Positions 14,440 to 25,539 of a stretch of DNA of 64,000 nt are shown piece after piece. Source of the stretch: Epiperipatus broadwayi. Its lineage: Eukaryota; Animalia; Onychophora. The position numbers and the translations under genes are program-made. The DNA lies in the NCBI GenBank assembly GCA_028023455.1, contig JAQFVV010000004.1, positions 19,654,001-19,718,000 on the forward strand. Reading direction: 5' to 3'. Position 1 is the first letter of the stretch. The number at the start of each line of letters is the position of its first letter. The notes below the pieces were generated by a model. That model worked only from the letters and a program-made list of their open reading frames with translations, was not told the origin of the DNA and did no database searches.

Positions 14440-14790
14440 CATTTTAATATAATTTCAAGTCTGCTGTGACTTGATGATGCAAAATATACTGATGATGACC
14501 ATTTTCTTATTCAGCATGTCCAAGGTAATCAGATATATCTAAATTTCAACCTTCTATTATGTTTGACCAAGAAATGCTATGTAAGTAATAACAGATATAT
14601 TGCCTCTGTACCTCCAGAATACTAAATATATACGGACTACATATACACATACCACACATATTTAACCTCATCAATAAATATGACTTTCACCTAAATGCTG
14701 TTTTGGTGGATTTGATGATGCCAATGTGAGAAGGCTTCTGTAGTTCATTATGATATACTGTATATCTAACTACTGAAGATAATTTCTATC
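14440..14790 (-). mobile_element. Possible decayed LINE ORF2 C-terminal fragment
   Basis: Minus-strand translation has RRLKF... then DYLGHAE*ENGHHQYIL, resembling the LINE RT C-terminal xLGHxxR motif. Weak. Confidence 0.3.
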
Positions 14791-17181
14791 TCCAAATGCA
14801 TTAACTTTGCATTCAGACATTAAAATAAATATATTTTTAATTTAACTGAAGTAAAATAAGAATAACATGTGCAATATGATTAAATATGATTTAACATAAT
14901 TCATAAATTGAAATATATACAATAAATATTAAAAATATTTATTGAAATTTTATTCGAATAATGAAGATCTAATGACATGTTTTCAATCCTAATCTAAAGG
15001 GAAAGATCACTTTGGCAATTAGTTTATATAAATGAATGCCATATCATGAAATTACATTTACAAAATGTTAATATTGTGGGTAAATTTCCTTACTGCTGAA
15101 ACAGGCAACTTTCATTTAGGCAAACCTGTTCTAGACTATTGCAGACATTACATATTTTGATCACTCGTATTTTATTGATTAATTTAATAATCCAATTTTC
15201 AAAGCAATGCTATGAGATTATCCTTTCTTAATATATTTTAACTTCTGACCAATAAAATATCACAAATTAAGATTTATGAATAACTGATATGTAATACTTT
15301 GAAGAAGATTTTCTCTGTTTGTTATCTTATTAAAAACACTAATGAAAAATGAATCTGTGCATGATATTAATAATGGATGTCATTTCATGTTACTGCACTT
15401 ACAAAGACCAATTCCTGGAGCAATTATCCCATAGAACCAAAGTAAATCTAAAGTTGAAAGTCTGTCACATAGATCTTTATTATATTTTTGTCAGTCTTAG
15501 GATAAACATCAGTAGGTATCTTTAATAATTATTAAAAGCAATGCATGGAAACAATGCATAATGCTAGTTGAAATCTGTATAAAATATTTGAAATGCCACA
15601 TAGCTATACTATTTTAGCCACACTCACCCTTTAAAATAAAGAGTAGCATGAATTATTGCAGCCAATTGAAAAAGAAATTCTCTTCAATGTATACTGCAAT
15701 GATGTTGTATATATTAAAATTGAAGCTAATTTAAATAAGAAGTGTGAAACTAAGTAAGCAAAGATCGTACATTGCAAATTAGCAAACATTTAATTTTAAA
15801 TATATATCATTGCAGTATACATTGAAGGAAATTTCTGAAAAAAATTTAGGCTATTCTTTATTTTAAATGGGTAGTGTGGCTGAAACACTATAGCTATAGG
15901 ACATTTCAAATATTAATAAGTATTTTACAGATGTTTGTTTACTGAACTGTGTTACATTATTTAATCATACTGTGTATGTTGCTGTGATTCTTAACGTTGC
16001 TAAAATTATATAAAGATATATTTATTGCATATATAACTGTAAGATTATCACAACTGGATGTAGCAGTTAATGCTATTGACAGAATACCAAGCTGTTAAAT
16101 AATTTAGATTGTGCTGTTCAGAAAAAAAAATTCAAATTATTATCAGCAATTATGCAAATTATAATACCAGATGTTTGAATGATTCAAGCAATTTGACTTT
16201 CTACACTCAATATGAAGAGCAATATTTTTTAATGAATAAAATTCTCAATGAATCAAATAAAAGTATTACCAATATTTTATTTATTCAACCAAGAAATTGA
16301 AATTGCAATAGAATCTGTAAACCTAATAAAGCCCAAAAAATAATTTTTTATGATCATGAGGTCCAATGTGTAGCAAATTATTTTTGTCCATGTCTCTCAA
16401 GACACATCTCTAGGATTTTATTTCAGAAATAATCATCATCAATCTAGAAATTAAAAAATAAAAGGCTATGATGCAACTTTGAAATTTGTCAAAAAAAAAA
16501 AATGTCTATGACTTATTTTTATGAAAGCAATTCTGGAATAATTTCTGTGAGAGATGAGCAGTGTTAATCTAAGTCAGTATATAATAAGTAAGCTATAAAA
16601 TATGATATTGCTTATGAAATGGTTCTAGAGCTATTTAGGGAATACTCTGAAGATATAACTAGTAATAACAATCATATATATATATAAAACCATACATGGA
16701 GAAAATGACAGACAGAAAAGAGATCAGTGATAATGGTTAAATATATAAATGATATGGTAAATTAAACAAGATAGGCAACTATTTAGATGAGATAAAGCTG
16801 AAAACTGTTAAAGAAAAAAGGATATTACAAAAATGAACACTATAAATACAGTATTATAATAAGCAAACTACATATGTAATACTAATAACACTTGTTTACA
16901 ATATGTATGTATGCATTTTCTGACTTTTATACGACCTTTTATGTGTTATTTAAATATTAAATTTGTTTCTTCTGGTTGACAATAATAATTTTAATGATTA
17001 ATTAACTTTCAATAAGATTTAATATATTGATAAATCTAAATATCGTTTAAATTAAAAAAAATACACAAAAAGCTGTCAAATTAATTTTTTTTAAAAAATT
17101 ATAGTTCATTCTAAATAAATTTATAAACATTTAGGTGTAATTCTTTGTGAGTTAACGTGTGATTTATAACAAAATAACTTT

Positions 17182-17281
17182 GTCAAGCGTTTTAGCCGAG
17201 AGGTCATCGCAGCTGCCTTGCAAGTGGTTGCAGACGGTTGTGGGTTCACGTCCCGGCCAATGCTATGACATATGAAAAAAA
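17182..17281 (+). mobile_element. tRNA-Gly-derived SINE copy
   Basis: A-box TAGCCGAGAGG, AGCTGCCTTGCAAG, B-box GGGTTCACGTCCCGGCCAATGC, family tail TATGACATATGAAAAAA. No clear TSD. Confidence 0.85.
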
Positions 17282-18156
17282 TATATATATTCCAAATTTT
17301 AAAAAAAGAAAAATGATTATTTTCATGAAGATAATTTACATTATTTTTATGTAAACATATATACATCAAAGAACAACTATATTTTACAAGGGTATAACAA
17401 ATAATTGATTTAACTCCTTGTAAGAAATGATTATTTTTGTTACATGATTGGATTATACAATATTTGAATACAGAATATTTTAAAACACCTTTATGTTTTG
17501 TATTATCAGTAAAGATAATAAATCCATATAAGATTTAGTTACTAATATAAGCAGAGAATAGCAAGATCTGAGATACAATTACATAAAGATATGCAACTGA
17601 AAATTCAAATTCTGCATGGAAACTTTAAGAAATGTTAATTTGTTTTTTCATTTAATATCAATTGCTTTAACTACATATCATTATAAATATGCGTGTGCAT
17701 GTGCATATAGTTTCTAATATGACCGATTATTTTTATTATTTACTTATTGTTATAAAGATTCTTTGTGGATTTCTTTAATATTTCACAGAGATTGTAGATG
17801 CTCTATACTATGTTAGTAGCAATTTTATTTATTTCTAATAAAATGCATACGAAAATGGATGATACGGAAAAAATTAATCAACACTTTCAACAAGAGCTTT
17901 TGCTCTCTTGTTTCAAGTTTTTTTTAAAAACTATATTTATATATTATCTATAATTTACTTTTGGAGAAATATTGTTTTCTTGAAACACTATTGCAGGGAT
18001 GCCCACAGAATACTTTCCAGGTGGAATGGCAAAGGTTGGAGACAAATAATTACATCAATAATTTTTTTTCCATAAATGAATTATAGAATACAATATTGCA
18101 TCAATACAAAAACATATAAATTTATCTTTCTTATTGCATTGCCAAATCCATATAAT

Positions 18157-18394
18157 ATTAATGTCATCTATGTTTATTACTTTTTACAATGCTTTTTTAC
18201 AATTCTCTATTGACAGTATCGAAACTGTCGATGTTGTAAAAAAGCATTGTAAAAAGTAATAAAGAACATAGAAAGCAGGTGAGATTTGGAAATATAAGTA
18301 GTTCTGAAGAAGATTGCTGGAGCAATTGAAACTGTCAATAGAGGGTTGCAAAAAAGCATTGTAAAAAGTAATAAAGAACATAGATGATATTAAT
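18157..18394. mobile_element. Penelope-like pLTR cluster: one inverted copy (18157-18217) plus two direct copies (18219-18275, 18298-18394)
   Basis: 18157-18217 is the reverse complement of 18331-18394. AAAAAAGCATTGTAAAAAGTAATAAAGAACATAGA is repeated at about 18238 and 18350. The last copy carries an HHR motif. Confidence 0.65.
18299..18341 (+). ncRNA. Minimal type I hammerhead ribozyme motif (family C)
   Basis: CTGAAGA (18304-18310), A, G-ATTGC[TGGA]GCAAT-T stem II, GAAA (18328-18331), C-T-GTC, predicted cleavage 18336/18337. Stem I is weak (GTT/AAT). Confidence 0.6.
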
Positions 18395-19287
18395 CCAATA
18401 CAAAAACATATATTTAAAGTATATAAATTTACACTATAAAAAAAACAAGAATTAATATACACATATAAATTTCAATAATCATATATTGTATTTCAATCAC
18501 TTCTGCAATTGTTATTTATGAAATTTTTTTTTACTCACTTGCAAGATAAGGGCAAGCACCTCATTTGCCTTCCTCTGTGTAATGTCTATGTATTTGTTAA
18601 ATATATGTTTGTTTGGTGGTTTTCAAGATTTTAGTTTTTGATTTTGATGGTTGTGAACTATTGTAACTTTACTAGTGCCATTAAGTGTTTTATTATAACA
18701 TTGTATTCCTGAACATCAGTTATAACAATCAAAATGTAGCAGGTAATATCTTCTAAACTCTTTTCCCAGAAGCTACACTTAGCTTTAATTCTTAAGTTTA
18801 CATTTAAATTTTTTGCTAATTGAATAGCAATGGAATTTTTGTCATTGTGTTCCTTTGATAAATTATTTCTATTCTTTTTTTTTTATAATAATTTTAATTA
18901 GAAAACTGTAAAATTGTGACTATGTCTTAAAATTCTTAAAAGAGAAATCTTATAACTGCGTTCTTTTCATTAATTAGTTAAGATACTATAAGTAAAACCT
19001 CTTTTTGAAATGTAATTAGTTAAGTTACTTTTTTACTATTGATTAATCTACTTTTTATTACTTACCATGGATTATCCATTAATCCTGCATTTAAAATATT
19101 TTTTTTTGTCAGTGAAAATTTTTTGGAAGTTTTCAAATCTAAAAACATGAAAACTGACTTTGCATATAATCTTTAGAGCAGTTTTTTTTGTTTTAGAATT
19201 GATGTTTTGTTTTTTTTTTTGGATAAAACTTTGTTTTTAAAACAAATACAATATATATATAATTAAAAACAGTCTACATTTAGATAA

Positions 19288-19840
19288 TCCCAATATCAAA
19301 AACAATCAAGTATTTCAAACTGCTGTCAAGGCAACTTTCTTTTAACACTGAAGATAGAATCCCACCTTAATTAATGGTCTAATATACTTATGTAGACACT
19401 AAAAATTGCAACTTGATCACAGAGATTGAAATTATTGATACAAAGAAGTTTAAATAAATCTCTTTGAACAGGTAAATAAAACCTATTCTGAATGCACACT
19501 AATAAATAGTCAATTATAACATTACAAAGACTGCAATTATAAATTTCAAATTGTATCCAAAGTATTCCTTAAATAATAAGTGTAATAATGCTCAAGGCTA
19601 AATGACTTGTAAGTAATCATTAAAAACCACTCAACCCTTAAACAATCTGAATATCAATAACAATCAAGGATTTCAAAACTGTTGTTTAGACAATCTCCTT
19701 TTAACAATAAAGGTGAAATCCCACCTTCAATAATGGTCTGATATACTAACTTATATAGAAACCGAAGATTGTAACTTGACCACAGAGATTGAAATTATTG
19801 ATACAAAGAAGTTTAAATAAACCTCTTTAAACAGGTAAAT
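19288..19840 (+). repeat. About 190 bp direct repeat x2 (19288-19477, 19646-19840)
   Basis: Identical core CACAGAGATTGAAATTATTGATACAAAGAAGTTTAAATAAA in both copies; both end ACAGGTAAAT. Confidence 0.92.
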
Positions 19841-20653
19841 TTTAAATCCTCTTTCCCCAAGTAATAAAAATGGACAATTTTTGAATGATAAATGAAACAT
19901 GTTATAGTGTTTTTATGTTTCAAGGATTATTCAGTCAAGGAAGATTAAATGCAAATCAGGAATTTTTTTTTTTTTTAATTATGAAAAAATTCATGGAATT
20001 TATGAGAGAAATTATGTAAGCTAGGAAAATAATCTGTGTCTATACATTTGTTATTCATTAAGTTTGCATAAATGAAACTAAAGTAAAACTCCTTTATATT
20101 AAATATTCAATTAATAATAGCTCAAATCTAAACTCTAATATTTCAACCTTTAATACAAAGAAGCACTATATGCAATGATTATTTAAAATAAATTTTCTAA
20201 AATTGTTAGAAAAATCAGTTTGTGAATGTAACAGTAGAATGTGCTAACAAGTACAAATAGAACAAAAACAACAACAAAAAAAAAAGCATGCCATTTTTAA
20301 AAATATTTTGGGAATTGAATTTGGAAATTCTACTTAATTATGAAGCAGTTGCTATGTTGTTATTGTATGTTGATGACTATATATATTTAAAGGTTCTATT
20401 TTCAAAATATTATCAACTGCAGAAAGAGGTTTTGTGCAATTAATTCATGATTTTTCTTTCAGTACATCTCTAAAGTACTATAAAATTAGAAATACAATAA
20501 CAAAATTTTAAGACAAGAAAAATAATGTTGAGAGTAAATAATCTAGAAATATAATTTAAAAATGATTTTTTTTTTATTTGCAATATAATATTTTGAAAAT
20601 TAATAGTTTTAAAGTTACATGAAGATATTTTGAAATACAGTAAACACACTTCT

Positions 20654-20770
20654 TTTTTTTTTTCTTTTTCATATGTCATAGCATCGGCCGGGACGCGAAC
20701 CCACAATCGTCTGCAACCAACTACTTGCTTGCATGGCGGCTGCGATACCTCTCGGCTAACAACGCAAGAC
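20654..20770 (-). mobile_element. tRNA-Gly-derived SINE, young copy with 18 bp TSD
   Basis: TSD TACAGTAAACACACTTCT at 20636-20653 and 20771-20788. Intact A and B boxes, poly-A tail, CpGs retained. Confidence 0.95.
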
Positions 20771-23572
20771 TACAGTAAACACACTTCTGAATTCACGTGC
20801 TTCACATTTTTAGTAGCCAAAGTTTGATATGATGACTTGCTCATTTTGCTCTTCTCTTCACTTAATATTTAGGAGAGCAGTCCTGGGTCTTAAAGTGGTA
20901 AAGTTTTATTTTGTAGTAGAGAGGGTTTTGTTAAAGATGATCTTAAAGAGATCCTATTAATTTTTGATGCTTTATATAGGATTTTGGAAGTTTGCTTGCA
21001 ATTAGCTTGCCACATAGCCTGAAATACTTTATATCAATTAATTAATAATAGAGGTCTTCTAAGTTTTTGTTCTAGTTGTAGTTCATAATACTTTCTCTGT
21101 TTTTTACAGTGATTTTATTAGCACAATCTACAAACAGAATTTTAATATGATGTTTATATTTAATTTCAATGTGATGATATTTTACATGTAAAGTACATGT
21201 TTTTTAAACTTTAGTCTAATTGCTAACTGACTTTTAAATGACTGACATCTATATTTTGTTTGTCGTTAAAGAATGACATGGCTATTGAAGTTTTTGCACA
21301 ACACCCACAGAGATAGTAGTTTAGTAAAATTTTACACTAGAAATCCATTTAATCAATCAAAGTGAACATCTAATCAAATTCAAATTGTCACAAACAAATT
21401 ATAGACTGACAGGACTATAAACTTTATCAGGAATGCAGGAATTAATGTCCTTAGAGAGGTAAAAAATTTAACATAAAAGTGAGGAGTGATGTGTATGAAT
21501 TAATTTTGTATTAGCGGCATCTTTATAAAATAGTTTGGTTTAGTTTTTAAAATTTTAATTATTGTTATAATTATATTAAACAAAGTGATTTAAAATGATG
21601 AAATAATCTTACTATTATTATAAGCACTAAAGCGTTTTTAAAATTTGTTTTTATTCATCAAACATATTAAATGACAAATGAAACACTTGATAAACTCACA
21701 TATATAAATATTTGATATAATCAGACAATAACCTATTTGTCCAAGCTTTGGCATTTGATCATCATCATCGGTGATAATTTTTTATAATTTGCCACCCTCT
21801 TAAGACAATTTGTTTGGGCATTTTATTCTAAATTAAAAATGTATATATCATCTTAAAAGAATTATTTCGTTTTTTTAACGTCTAAGGAAGATCTATATAA
21901 AAGTAGGGTATGTGTGCTTATTTTAGGCATGTGTAAAGAAGCCATTTCTTTTATATTGAAACATATTATTACAACCTATTATAAATTATTTGCATCATTC
22001 TTCTCAGAACAAATATTATTTACTGCATGATCGCACTATTTTTTTTTCATTCTCGTGAGCTGTTCTGCAATTAATAAGTCTATATATGAAACCAGTTGTT
22101 TCCATTTGAAACTAAACTGCATTTTATGGAACATTTCTGGTTACCGAGGAAAACAGTAAAAGACAATAAGGATTAAATCTCACTCTAGCTTAACCTTCTC
22201 TCCCTTTCTTTGAAATGGACTCTATCCCAGCATTTTTGTTTTATTGGAAATAATCTCATTTTGTTCACTTTCATCAGCGATTTTGCAATTTTATAATAAT
22301 AATTTTGTGTGCGTTTTTTTTAAACCTCCGTTTGCTATAATTTAGAAATATTTTTTTAACCAATTAAAATTTTTAATATGCAATTATCTTTTATCATTAT
22401 TAAATTTATTTCTGAATTATGTTTTCTATGAATTCAAATAAAAGCATTTATATTTATTAAAATTTTAATTAAATCTTTATATAGTGGCCTTTTAAAAATA
22501 GAGAACTGATTATTATTTTTATAATTTAAATTAAAAAGAAATAAACTTTTAAAATGCTTTATATTTTCCGTTTATTGATACGCTTTAACAAATTTGATTT
22601 TGGCTAAATATCAAGGTCTTTTAAAAATGGGGGAGGGGGTGATTAGGGAAGGGCTAAGAAGTCATTAGTGAATAAAATTAACACCCATTTTATGTATATT
22701 AAAAAGTTCAGCCACTATCTACACTTTATTGTCATAGAAAATTTCATTTAGTAATTGCAAAATAAATTTCTTTATTAATTGTTTATTTCTCTCATCATTA
22801 AATATAATGTTATATTAATTTACTTCAATTTGTTTAAAATACAAAAAATATATATAAATTCTAAAAAAACTAACTTATATATTGCTAAATAGCTCTCACA
22901 TTAATGAATATTGTATCAATTTTTTTTTCTCATATATTGATTATATAATTCATAAACAATGAATCAATTTTTTTCTCTATATTATTAAATTTATACGTTT
23001 TTGTCTTTACTTATTCTATTCTATTTTTTAGGATATTCAGTTCGCCTTAATGTATAAAACTCGCCTCATTTTAAAAATAAAAATTGAGAAAAAAAAAGTC
23101 TATTAAGACATTAAATATTGTCATGATTTTCGACACGTTTTAAACGTAAATAGCATTAGAGATGCAGAGTATGGACAAGTTTGAAAAATGTGTATCTAAA
23201 AGAAATGCTATATATATATTTAATCTGCCTATTTGTGTTCCACATCTTAAGCAATTGTTTCAAAAATGTAAAATACTTCCATCCAGATAATGCATCATTA
23301 ATTATTCACACATTCAAAACCATATGGCTTGCACACTACTTCACTTTATTTGATATTAGAAAATACAACTTACTATAAAACAAATAACAAAGAAGGTTTA
23401 ATACATTTGTTTAGAAATATCATGACAAAACTTGTCAATCTACAACTGTTTTCAGTTGCACAATAAAGTGGCATGGATTTGTTTTTTGAATTATTAGTAT
23501 ATTAAGTTTAATAGAAAATATATATTTAAAATAAACATTCCTCATAACTTTTGATACAAAAGGTGTATATGT

Positions 23573-23673
23573 GTCTTGCATTGGTGGTCGAGAGGTCAGC
23601 GTGACTACTTTGCACTTGCAGGCAGTTGCCCGGGTTGCAGATTCGCGTCCCAGCCGATGCTATGACACTTAAA
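23573..23673 (+). mobile_element. tRNA-Gly-derived SINE with 15 bp TSD
   Basis: TSD AAAAGGTGTATATGT at 23558-23572 and 23674-23688. Acceptor-stem halves GCATTGG/CCGATGC; tail TATGACACTTAAAAAAA. Confidence 0.92.
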
Positions 23674-23770
23674 AAAAGGTGTATATGTACAAGATTTTCA
23701 AAACCAAAACATCTTAAAATATTTATACATTATGGAATATACACCCATCAAAACAAATTGCATACTTTTT

Positions 23771-23892
23771 TGGATATTTTGGATGAGTAGGCACTAGATA
23801 GGGATTTTATGCACAAACCCTCCTGTACCCATTGATTGCATTGATGGCTTGCATTATGACACTACAGTATGGAGAGTTTTGTCTCTGTGTAA
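23771..23892 (+). mobile_element. Retrozyme-like family B, 5'-truncated copy starting near the HHR cleavage site
   Basis: GGATGAGTAGGCACTAGAT...ATGGAGAGTTTTG matches the post-HHR half of the copies at 24815-25033, 25255-25478 and 38025-38246. Confidence 0.8.
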
Positions 23893-24814
23893 ATTGCATA
23901 CTATCGATTGAAGAAAAAGTCCCATGCCATCTCCAAGAAGAGCTAAATTATAAAGAAACCCTGCAAAATTACAAGATTACTTTTGCAATTGAACTTCCTC
24001 TATTTCTAGAATGAAGGAGAGGAATTATTGTATATTGATTGCAAAATGCATATTATTAATGTATAAAATAAATAAAGTTGCAAGAGCACGAGTGGATAAA
24101 TTTAGTCAATAATAAAAGACACTAAAAATTTAATTTATAAAAATTAATATGCATAATAATTAAAATTATGCAAAACTGAAAATAACATAGATATGTTAAT
24201 ATGCATGCAAAGATGTAACAAGAAAAATAATTATGCAAATTAGAAAAAGCAAAACAAAATTGCAAGTTTAGATGTGAATGTGAGCAGTACCACATACAGA
24301 GTACAGCAAGAGAAATAGCATGCTTGCAGCACAGCAGTGCATGAACTGTTTATTATGCTGAAGAATGCATATAGTGCAAAATTAACATTGTAGAATAGAG
24401 TACAGTGAAACAAAATGCAGCATATAGTTTAACACTATAAAGACTATGCATGTATGGATTATAAATGAGAGAAGTACAAATTAGTACAATTGTACATAAA
24501 ATTTCAAAAAGATTCCCTATTTGCACATGCAAGATAATTTAATGCAAAACCACCAGCAAGCTGCTAGTTAAAGTACTAACATTTATTAATATTATATATT
24601 CAAGTAATCTCTTTGTTAGCTTTAAGTTTCAGTGTGTAATTTATTTTTTCAAAAAATGGCTCTGGTCAATCTGGTCTCTATACACATTATTTGGCACAAT
24701 ATTAAAAACATGTGTAAAGCATTAGTTGACATAATGTTGACATACAACATGACAATGCAGAGCAACACAATAATGTCATTTGATTTATACAATGCAGCAC
24801 AATGATGTTGAAGA

Positions 24815-25075
24815 ATAAACAGGCAAAACTCTCCATACAGTAGTGCCACCCAGTGCTAACCAGAGTAATCAATGGGTGCCATAAATCGTGCATAAAATCC
24901 CCATCTAGTGCCTACTCATCCAATTCCCCAGACTAATATCTGGCTTGTGGCCTTTGTCAGTGAGGAACCTTGGATGTGAGAGCACTGCACCTAGATCTTA
25001 GGATCTAATGCAACCCTCCAGCAGCTACCTTTTATCTCTACTTAATTACAAAACTATGAGAATGAAATAGAAAAT
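24815..25075 (-). mobile_element. Retrozyme-like family B, tandem copy with mutated HHR (24924-24967)
   Basis: Minus strand reads TTCCTCA-CTGACAA-AGGCCACAAGCCA-GATA-TTAGTC-TGGGGAA. Stem I is 7 bp but there are several core substitutions. Confidence 0.85.
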
Positions 25076-25204
25076 GCAATGAGCTCAATAGCTTATATAG
25101 ACATATGGGTCTGAACTCAGTTCAGCATCCATACATTTTGGTGTCTTTGGCTCTTTAACAACCATAGCTACCATTATCATATTAAGCAGGATTGGTGTTA
25201 AACC

Positions 25205-25512
25205 ACTAAACATCACATGATCACCATCTCTTATGCTAGCACATAAATGTTGTTAAACAGGCAAAACTCTCCACATAGTAGTGCCACCCTGTGCTAAACA
25301 GAGTAATCAATGGATGCCAGAAGGCATTTGCATAAAACCCCCATCTAGTGCCTACTCATCCAATATCCCCAGACTAGTTTCTGGCTTGTGGCCTTCATCA
25401 GTGAGGAGCCTTGAATCTGAGAGCACTGAACCTAGATTTTAAGATCTAATGCAACCCTCCAGAAGCTACCTTTTATCTTAACTACAAAACTATGAGAATG
25501 AAATTGAAAACA
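25205..25512 (-). mobile_element. Retrozyme-like family B, tandem copy with intact HHR core
   Basis: Colinear with 24815-25075 at an offset of about 441 bp; contains the HHR at 25366-25407. Confidence 0.88.
25366..25407 (-). ncRNA. Minimal type I hammerhead ribozyme with palindromic stem III
   Basis: Minus strand reads TCCTCA-CTGATGA-A-GGC[CACAA]GCC-A-GAAA-CTAGTC^TGGGGA. Stem I TCCTCA/TGGGGA is 6 bp, core CUGAUGA and GAAA are complete, the triplet is GUC, and stem III ACTAGT is a palindrome. Cleavage between 25372 and 25371. Confidence 0.85.
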
Positions 25513-25539
25513 CAATTAAGTGAATGTTGCTATCTTAGA

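Noticed and set aside
17121-20827. ORFs at 17121, 20470 and 20630
   Set aside because: Open only because they cross GC-richer SINE copies.
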